This document shows, piece after piece, positions 57,745 to 64,000 of a stretch of DNA of 64,000 nucleotides (positions are counted from its first letter, which is position 1; every line of letters begins with the position of its first letter). Below the pieces are notes generated by a model that was not told the DNA's origin, did no database searches, and saw nothing but the letters and a program-made list of their open reading frames with translations. The position numbers were made by a program, and so were the translations under genes. This DNA is from an uncultured Gammaproteobacteria bacterium (GTDB lineage Bacteria > Patescibacteriota > Microgenomatia > Levybacterales > GWA1-39-11). The stretch lies in NCBI GenBank assembly GCA_964511965.1, contig CAZEGF010000023.1, positions 42,887 through 106,886 of the forward strand. Direction: 5' to 3'.

Positions 57745-58203
57745 TTAATGTGTATTTCCTGTTTGACGAAGAGGCCAAGATGGTTGCTGTGGATCATTGA
57801 ATTTATGAAAGAAAACGTTGTCATCAAAAGTTATTAATTTTGCTGGGAGTTCTCTATCATTGACTATTATAATTCCTTTACATGACAATTCTAGACCTTC
57901 TCTTGCCCAGCTTCCAATGTTTCTTTGAAAAACCAATCGGTAGCCCGGGCCAGATGAGGGATATTCTAATTTCTCAAGAGGAGTTTCTGCTTTACCATTA
58001 ATCCAAAATGTTATTGGAGAATAATCATCCATATACATATCAACACCTGGGGACAATACTGCATGAAATTGGTTGTCTTCCAAAACTTCAATTGCATCAT
58101 ATGGTTGATGCTGTGGTATTTCTGCAAGTCCCTGTCGCATTACAGCTAATTCTTCTTTAGAGGATGGAGGAATATCAAAAAGTACTCCTTGTTCTGCCGT
58201 CAT
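57745..58203 (-). CDS. Hypothetical protein (ORFan-like)
   Basis: Own promoter; start moved to ATG 58203. Confidence 0.6.
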   Translation of the reverse strand: MTAEQGVLFDIPPSSKEELAVMRQGLAEIPQHQPYDAIEVLEDNQFHAVLSPGVDMYMDDYSPITFWINGKAETPLEKLEYPSSGPGYRLVFQRNIGSWAREGLELSCKGIIIVNDRELPAKLITFDDNVFFHKFNDPQQPSWPLRQTGNTH

Positions 58204-58209
58204 GATGTT

Positions 58210-58237
58210 ATTGTATTCCAAAACTGCGGGGTGTCAA
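58210..58237 (-). promoter_or_regulatory. Sigma70 promoter giving a leaderless-type transcript
   Basis: TTGACA-16 nt-TACAAT-6 nt-ATG. Confidence 0.72.
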
Positions 58238-58287
58238 ATAGTTTAATTTTGCTGGCATTAATGGACGCGTTTAGAATCTATGACAGA

Positions 58288-58824
58288 CTATTCAAAACTT
58301 GGCGGACGCAAAGTATTATTAGAGGCTCTTTCTTCAAACTCGTTTAACATGCTTTCAAGTGAAGGATCATTATCAAACGCCCATCTAACAAAGTTTGATA
58401 CTGCTGTGGGATTTTCTTGAAATCCTTTTAAAAGATTTTTTGTTTCCTCTTCAGAATTTCCTAACCATGACTCTCCCAAGTATATTGCACTTTGACCTTC
58501 TCTTTCTGTGGCATCTTCAATATAACCTAGTGTGAACCAAGCTGTATTATGCAACATCGGTGTGTTGTCAATCTGGTCGCGGTTGATTTTCTCTTTAGGA
58601 TCGTACTCAGGTAAGGTAGTTATACCTCCTGGAAGTGAGTTATGATATAGGCTTAAGGACAACTCCGCCATTAATCTTTCTGCTTGATCCTGCGTAGCGC
58701 CTAATGCTAGGAATACTCTAATGCCCCCATGATAGCCTGCAAATTTATCTTCAAGATACATCGGTGCAATAATTGCAAAACCCCGCATTCTAATTTCAGA
58801 GTAATCGTACTTATCCCGTTCCAT
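58288..58824 (-). CDS. Hypothetical protein (ORFan-like)
   Basis: 178-aa ORF preceded by TGA-TATAAT-7 nt-ATG. Confidence 0.6.
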   Translation of the reverse strand: MERDKYDYSEIRMRGFAIIAPMYLEDKFAGYHGGIRVFLALGATQDQAERLMAELSLSLYHNSLPGGITTLPEYDPKEKINRDQIDNTPMLHNTAWFTLGYIEDATEREGQSAIYLGESWLGNSEEETKNLLKGFQENPTAVSNFVRWAFDNDPSLESMLNEFEERASNNTLRPPSFE

Positions 58825-58846
58825 GAAAGGAATTATATCAGAAGAA

Positions 58847-59326
58847 TTATCCGAGAAGGGGTAGTGGAAATTCTTTTTCTAAATATTCAAAACTTTTTAT
58901 TATTGAATCTCGGTGGTCAAAAGCAAATTCTTCATCCGGGGGTAAAGTGTCTCTTCCAAACCAGTGAATATCTGAAACCTCACTATTTAAAGTTGATGCA
59001 CCGCCAACAACTCTTACAAGATATATAAAATCAACATTTTGCCTATCCTCTTTTGGTCTGTTTGGATTGTCGTTCACTCTAAATAAACTTACTATCTCAC
59101 CATCAAACCCTGTTTCTTCCCTTAACTCTCGTAAAGCACCATCTGAAGTATTTTCATTTCTATCTAAAAAACCACCAGGTAGAGTATACTTTCCGCCGTT
59201 ATGAATATTTGCTGCTCTTTTTACAAGAAGAACTTCATTTTTTTCATTAATAGCAATAGATCCGACCGTAACATGTCGTAACCCTTTTTCTGCTTTATTC
59301 CCATTTTCAAAACAGCACTGAATCAT
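58847..59326 (-). CDS. NUDIX hydrolase (ADP-ribose pyrophosphatase-like)
   Basis: LPGGFLD..E....GALRELREETG, AFDH; start moved to ATG 59326 to avoid the tRNA. Confidence 0.9.
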   Translation of the reverse strand: MIQCCFENGNKAEKGLRHVTVGSIAINEKNEVLLVKRAANIHNGGKYTLPGGFLDRNENTSDGALRELREETGFDGEIVSLFRVNDNPNRPKEDRQNVDFIYLVRVVGGASTLNSEVSDIHWFGRDTLPPDEEFAFDHRDSIIKSFEYLEKEFPLPLLG

Positions 59327-59375
59327 GACTAAGGTATAGCAAAAAATCAGGAGAATCTTGTTTGAAGAAGATTTG

Positions 59376-59446
59376 CTGGGAGTCAGGGATTTGAACCCCA
59401 ATAACGTCCTCCAGAGGGACGTGTCCTACCATTAGACGAACTCCCA
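59376..59446 (-). tRNA. tRNA-Gln(CUG), CCA not encoded
   Basis: TGGGAGT/ACTCCCA acceptor stem, D arm GTCTAATGGTAGGAC, anticodon arm CGTCC-CTCTGGA-GGACG, T loop GTTCAAATC. Confidence 0.96.
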
Positions 59447-59498
59447 TTACTTTTAGAGAGGCTAATGGCAAACTTGTTTACCATTAGACGAACTCCCA
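59427..59498 (-). repeat. 20-bp duplication of the tRNA-Gln 5' end (59479-59498 = 59427-59446) with an overlapping hairpin
   Basis: TACCATTAGACGAACTCCCA twice on + strand, 32 bp apart; CTAATGGCAAAC-TT-GTTTACCATTAG inverted repeat at 59462-59487. Confidence 0.93.
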
Positions 59499-59573
59499 AT
59501 ACGTTCGAAACTTGTCATATTTTACTAAATTGGAGCTATAATAGCTAATAAATTTTGTTAGAATAAATTCAAT

Positions 59574-60200
59574 ATGAAATATTATTTATCTTCATACAAA
59601 CTCGGAAATGAACTGGATAGACTACATGAATTGATAAGACAGACCTCTGGAAAATTCGGATACATTCCAAATGCATTGGACTTTATCGGCGCGGATCCGG
59701 AATGGAAGAAAGAGCATATAAAGACTGACATGGAGGATCTTCGTAAAAATGGTGCAGAGGTTGAATTGTTAGACCTAAAAGATTATTTCGGGAAAGAGAA
59801 AGAATTGGAAGAAAAACTGCAAAATCTTGGTGGTGTGTATGTAAGTGGTGGGAACACATTTGTTCTTCGCCAAGCCATGAAAATAAGTGGGTTTGACCAA
59901 ATTTTTTCTGAGCTTACAAAAAGAGACGACTTTTTATACATCGCCTACAGTGCAGGTGTTTGTCTGCTTTGTAAAACTATGAAATATTTTGCTATGACTG
60001 ACAATGCAAACGACTTTCCCTATAAAGAAATTAAGGAAACTATCTGGGAAGGACTAGGGGTTCTGGATTTTATTTTTGAGCCTCATTATGATTCAGATCA
60101 TCCGGAGTCGGAAAGCACGGATCGCGAAATAAAAAAACTTGTCGATGAAAAAGTTTTGTTCAAGGCCTACCGCGATGGCGAAGTCCTTATTTTTTCCTAA
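59574..60200 (+). CDS. Peptidase E (family S51)
   Basis: YIPNA.D, V.GGNTF.L, YSAG, GLG, PHY. Confidence 0.85.
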   Translation: MKYYLSSYKLGNELDRLHELIRQTSGKFGYIPNALDFIGADPEWKKEHIKTDMEDLRKNGAEVELLDLKDYFGKEKELEEKLQNLGGVYVSGGNTFVLRQAMKISGFDQIFSELTKRDDFLYIAYSAGVCLLCKTMKYFAMTDNANDFPYKEIKETIWEGLGVLDFIFEPHYDSDHPESESTDREIKKLVDEKVLFKAYRDGEVLIFS

Positions 60201-60486
60201 CTATCATTTGAGAAAATCCACCAACAAGTACAAAGAACCCAATAACAATTCCTGCTGTTACAATTTGGGATCCAGCTTCAAGTCCAAAAGGAACAGCATA
60301 TTTTCTCGACGAAAGTGTGCACACGTTATTTACTTTTCTAATGCAATCCCTTTTTAAAATCAATCCATTATTTGAAGTTTCAATTACTCTTACATAAAGA
60401 ACAAAAGAGACGATAATCCATATAAATAGCCAGTAAAAAGTCATATAAAAAGGATACTGATATTTTTTTGTAGGTAAAATTTTCAT
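60187..60486 (-). CDS. Small 2-TM hypothetical protein
   Basis: Two hydrophobic helices around a Cys pair; ATG 60486 overlaps upstream TGA. Confidence 0.55.
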   Translation of the reverse strand: MKILPTKKYQYPFYMTFYWLFIWIIVSFVLYVRVIETSNNGLILKRDCIRKVNNVCTLSSRKYAVPFGLEAGSQIVTAGIVIGFFVLVGGFSQMIVRKK

Positions 60487-60749
60487 GGTAAATTTTCGCA
60501 CACCTTACCGTCTCCATCGTGATCAAGTCGACTCAGTGTTGGAAGTTTGTCGTGATTTTCTTCGTAAAATTGTTGAGCCTCAATCCGGGTTATAAAAGAA
60601 TCGCACGTAGGGTCAGAAGCATTTACAATGGGAGTTTCTACATAATTTTTATGATGATACAAAGGGGAGAGGTAAGAAAAGTAAAAATAGATAAGTGTTA
60701 TTTCAAAAAGCACCAAAAAAAACCCAAAAAGGAATGATAATACACGCAT
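60483..60749 (-). CDS. Excalibur calcium-binding domain protein
   Basis: TM then C.SF....EAQ.FY ... LDHDGDGKVCE.LP. Confidence 0.8.
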   Translation of the reverse strand: MRVLSFLFGFFLVLFEITLIYFYFSYLSPLYHHKNYVETPIVNASDPTCDSFITRIEAQQFYEENHDKLPTLSRLDHDGDGKVCENLP

Positions 60750-60843
60750 AAATAAATAATACACTAAAAAATTAGCCTTGACTTGAGGCATTTTATGATT
60801 TATTCTTTGTATATCACTTCATCTAGAATTTATTCCCAAAAGA

Positions 60844-60877
60844 TTGACAATTAGCAATTAATTTGCTACACTGCTAA
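60844..60877 (+). promoter_or_regulatory. lon promoter overlapped by a CIRCE-like (HrcA) operator
   Basis: TTGACA(60844)-17-TACACT(60867); TTAGCAATT-N9-CACTGCTAA at 60851-60877 vs TTAGCACTC-N9-GAGTGCTAA. Confidence 0.7.
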
Positions 60878-60884
60878 AAATTAT

Positions 60885-63287
60885 ATGTCTGAGGTATACG
60901 ACAACTACAATGAAAAATTAATCCCAATAATTCCAATCCGAGACGGAATAGTTTTTCCTCACACAGAGTCAATTTTGACCTTTGGAAGACCCAGAAGCCT
61001 TGCTGCATTAGAAACTGCGTTTAGTGGTGAGCGTGTCGTTTGTTTTGTTCTACAAAAAAATCCTCGTCAAGAAGATCCTGAAGTATCAGACCTTTACCAA
61101 ATGGGAACCATAGCTCACATCGAGCGAATGATCAGATCCGATGGTGAAGTAAATGCTCTTGTGAAAGGGTTATCCCGCGCTCAAATTGTAAGTTTTTCCG
61201 AATCGACCCAATATTTACAAGCGGTAGTTCATGAGATCGACGATTTTGAACCGGAAAAACCGGAAGTAAAAGCGTTGATGAATCACTTAACTACTTCATT
61301 TAAAAAGGCTCTTAGTCTTGGAAAACAAGCTGATTTTTTGGTCTTTATGAATATCATGTCAGATATTTCAGCTTCAGAGCTTGCGGATCAAATTGCCTCA
61401 ACTTTGGATATTAAGGGGTCTGAACGACAAGATATTTTAGAAACAGTTGATGTCCAAAAAAGGTTGACCAAGGTAAGTGAATTTTTGGATAAAGAAGTTA
61501 AAGTATTAGAATTAGAAAGAAAAATTGCATCAAAAACTCAGGAACAATTGGAAAAATCTACAAAAGACGCAATTTTAAGAGAAAGACTTAAGACCATTGA
61601 AAAAGAATTAGGCGAAACCGATGATGGAGGCGAAATAAAAGAACTCTCAGACAAAATAAAAAAGGCAGGTATGCCAAAAGATATTGAAGAAAAGATGATA
61701 AAGGAGCTCAAAAAACTCCAACAGCTCACCCCATATAACCCCGAATCCGGATATCTTCGCAACTACTTGGAATGGATGGTTGCACTTCCGTGGAGTAAAA
61801 AGTCTGAAGGAAAAAGTACCCTTAAAAATGCTGAAGCAACACTAGACGAAGGGCATTATGGCCTCAAAAAGGTAAAAGAGAGAGTAGTTGAGTACCTTGC
61901 AGTTCATCAATTGTCCGGAAAGATGAAGGGACCAATTCTTTGTTTTTCAGGACCTCCGGGAGTAGGTAAAACGTCAATTGGAAAAAGCATCGCAAAAGCA
62001 TTGGGTCGTGAATTTGTAAAAGTATCTTTGGGTGGGATCCGAGATGAGGCTGAAATTAGAGGGCATAGAAGAACATATGTCGGAGCTCTTCCAGGAAGAA
62101 TTATACAGGGCATAAAGGATGCTGGAACCAAAAATCCGGTATTCATGTTGGATGAGATTGATAAAGTAGGAGCTGATTTTAGGGGTGACCCATCATCTGC
62201 GCTTTTGGAGGCTCTTGATCCGGAGCAAAACGGAGGATTTTCAGATCATTATTTGGAGGTTCCTTTTGATTTGTCAGACGTAATGTTCATAACTACGGCA
62301 AATTCTCTTGATACTATCCCACCTGCGCTACGTGATAGGCTTGAGATTATTGAATTTACCGGTTACACCCAGGATGAGAAATTTCATATCGCTAAAGACT
62401 TTTTACTCAAAAAACAATTGTCTTCACATGGACTTAAATCTGCAAACGTAAAAATTTCGGATGAAGCTCTCCAATATATTATTCATAGATATACAAGAGA
62501 ATCCGGAGTCAGAAGTCTTGAGCGACAAGTTGCTACGATTTTTAGGAAAGTAGCGAGAAAAGTGGCAGAAGGGGAGAAAGATAAAGTTCTTATAACTGTC
62601 AAAAATATCACAAAATATTTAGGGCCTGAAAAAGTTTCCTCAACTCTTGCCGAACGTAAAGATGAGGTAGGAATAGCAACCGGTCTTTATTATTCTCCAT
62701 CCGGTGGTGGAATACTTTCAATTGAAGTTGCTCTTATGCCTGGAAAGGGGCAGTTAATATTAACCGGTCAATTGGGAGATGTTATGAAAGAATCATGCCA
62801 AGCTGCAATGACTTATGTAAGAGCACGGGCTCATAAATTTGGACTTTCCGATGATTTTTACAAAACATTAGATGTTCATGTCCATGTACCGGAAGGAGCA
62901 GTACCAAAAGATGGTCCGTCAGCAGGAGACGCAATTACTACTGCATTAGTTTCAGCCTTAACAAAAATTCCAACAAATAGACTTGTTGCTATGACCGGAG
63001 AGGTCACAATTCGAGGTAAAGTTCTTGAAATTGGAGGAATTAAAGAAAAAGTGATAGGCGCACACAGAGCCGGAATTAAGACTATAATATTACCAAAGGA
63101 GAATAGGAAAGATATGGAAGAAATTCCAAAAGAAGTCTCAAAAGATATACGTTTTGTATTTGTTTCCCATATGGATGAGGTGTTAAAAGTTGCTTTGACA
63201 AAACATATTCCCGGATTTAAGGAAATAAAAGGAGAAAAAGAGAAAAAACCAAACCTTACTGTTGCAACCCCAACTCTAGCAGATTAG
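60885..63287 (+). CDS. lon: ATP-dependent protease La
   Basis: LON N-domain, GPPGVGKTS, GHRRTYVGA.PG, DEIDK, PKDGPSAG, AMTGE. Confidence 0.98.
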   Translation: MSEVYDNYNEKLIPIIPIRDGIVFPHTESILTFGRPRSLAALETAFSGERVVCFVLQKNPRQEDPEVSDLYQMGTIAHIERMIRSDGEVNALVKGLSRAQIVSFSESTQYLQAVVHEIDDFEPEKPEVKALMNHLTTSFKKALSLGKQADFLVFMNIMSDISASELADQIASTLDIKGSERQDILETVDVQKRLTKVSEFLDKEVKVLELERKIASKTQEQLEKSTKDAILRERLKTIEKELGETDDGGEIKELSDKIKKAGMPKDIEEKMIKELKKLQQLTPYNPESGYLRNYLEWMVALPWSKKSEGKSTLKNAEATLDEGHYGLKKVKERVVEYLAVHQLSGKMKGPILCFSGPPGVGKTSIGKSIAKALGREFVKVSLGGIRDEAEIRGHRRTYVGALPGRIIQGIKDAGTKNPVFMLDEIDKVGADFRGDPSSALLEALDPEQNGGFSDHYLEVPFDLSDVMFITTANSLDTIPPALRDRLEIIEFTGYTQDEKFHIAKDFLLKKQLSSHGLKSANVKISDEALQYIIHRYTRESGVRSLERQVATIFRKVARKVAEGEKDKVLITVKNITKYLGPEKVSSTLAERKDEVGIATGLYYSPSGGGILSIEVALMPGKGQLILTGQLGDVMKESCQAAMTYVRARAHKFGLSDDFYKTLDVHVHVPEGAVPKDGPSAGDAITTALVSALTKIPTNRLVAMTGEVTIRGKVLEIGGIKEKVIGAHRAGIKTIILPKENRKDMEEIPKEVSKDIRFVFVSHMDEVLKVALTKHIPGFKEIKGEKEKKPNLTVATPTLAD

Positions 63288-63290
63288 TAT

Positions 63291-63605
63291 ATGTCCAAAG
63301 AGCTTAGACAAGCACTTTCTAGTATTCCTTTTCCCGAAACAAAGGTATATTCAAATAGATATGAAGAATATATATTTAAACCAGGGCAAGTTGTCGAATA
63401 CACCTTGGGGTTAAGACCAACCCCTGAATCATGTGTTTTTGCAGAACCGGATGCTATAAAGAGATCTCCAATACATTTTGAAGTCAGAATGGGTGGAGGA
63501 GGAAGCTATGTACCTGTTTACGAAGGTCAAGATATTACAGACAACGTTTCACCACAAATTTTAGCTAAATTACCTCTTAATTCTTCTCGAGAGCTCACCT
63601 CTTAA
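63291..63605 (+). CDS. Hypothetical protein
   Basis: 104-aa ORF starting 3 nt after the lon stop. Confidence 0.45.
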   Translation: MSKELRQALSSIPFPETKVYSNRYEEYIFKPGQVVEYTLGLRPTPESCVFAEPDAIKRSPIHFEVRMGGGGSYVPVYEGQDITDNVSPQILAKLPLNSSRELTS

Positions 63606-64000
63606 AAGTTTTCTAATAACTTCATTCGCTTTTTCTTTCTGCTCGTCTCCTTCTATATATTTTTCTATGAGATGATCGATATCAATTTTGCCAGATTTTG
63701 CGATTTCTTCATATAAATGCGCACTTTTTCTCAGTTTTCGAGCTCCCGTTATTTGATCAACTTCAATTAATCCAAATTTTTTGGTGTAACCCTCAGCCCA
63801 TTCTAAATTGTCAACAGTTGACCAATGAATATAATGTCTGACAGGTATCCCTTCGCGAAGCGCACGCCAGACGGCAACCAAGTGAGTTAGTATGAAAAAT
63901 GCTCTATGCTTGTCGTGTCTATCGGCGATTCCATTTTCAGTAATAAGAATCGGTAATTTATAGGAGTGATGCAAAATATGAAGAGTATTTAGTAAAAAAT
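63570..64000 (-). CDS. Glycoside hydrolase family 1 (3' part; gene starts beyond the window)
   Basis: ITENG nucleophile motif, Y.HWS..DN.EW..G...FGL..VD. Confidence 0.9.
   Translation of the reverse strand, partial: FLLNTLHILHHSYKLPILITENGIADRHDKHRAFFILTHLVAVWRALREGIPVRHYIHWSTVDNLEWAEGYTKKFGLIEVDQITGARKLRKSAHLYEEIAKSGKIDIDHLIEKYIEGDEQKEKANEVIRKLLRGELSRRIKR

Noticed and set aside
58214-58318. Possible third 3'-end duplicate (of CDS 58288..58824)
   Set aside because: Similarity is limited to AGTTTTG(G)AATA plus scattered bases, is not synonymous, and the region is explained by a promoter
59327-59401. N-terminal extension of the NUDIX ORF given in the track
   Set aside because: It overlaps tRNA-Gln; ATG 59326 gives a normal Nudix length
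59427-59498. Mini CRISPR array (20-bp repeat, 32-bp spacer)
   Set aside because: Only two units, the repeat is the tRNA 5' end, and no cas genes are present
1-64000. Genetic code 25 (TGA = Gly)
   Set aside because: Conserved genes such as tsaC, rmlB, secD, secF, recJ and dgkA end at TGA at their expected lengths

Overview
AT-rich, gene-dense bacterial window in genetic code 11. Its gene content (tsaE-tsaC-mini-tsaB, DUF3048/DUF4446/DUF3467 proteins, short AspRS and GluRS, many GT-C membrane glycosyltransferases, PT-rich surface proteins, single-gene ORFans, no amino-acid biosynthesis) suggests Patescibacteria/CPR, probably Microgenomates; this is inference, not a database result. Housekeeping genes are prfB (partial), ftsEX plus a PcsB-like hydrolase, tsaECB, secDF, cca, recJ, aspS, gltX, a DD-carboxypeptidase, lon and tRNA-Gln(CUG). 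There is a nucleotide-sugar/surface-glycan locus (rmlA/C ... rmlB/D, ugd, rmd-like, gmd, uxs-like, GT2-GtrA) and nine GT-C-like membrane proteins. No rRNA, CRISPR array, transposase, integrase or reverse transcriptase was recognised. The most interesting signals are non-coding. (1) Two unrelated genes are each followed by an almost entirely synonymously recoded ~60-bp copy of their own 3' end, and both short spacers contain GGCAAAA-N4-CATTGCATG; 5'-end duplications also occur at tRNA-Gln and probably gmd. (2) A complete leader-peptide attenuator (consensus promoter, 18-codon leader, 1:2/2:3/3:4 helices, U9 terminator) precedes two ORFans. (3) A ~160-nt unexplained fold-back element lies at 7767-7936. 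(4) Many genes have leaderless-type starts, the lon promoter carries a CIRCE-like operator, and 7-mer tandem repeats recur. All product calls come from motif recognition by eye.
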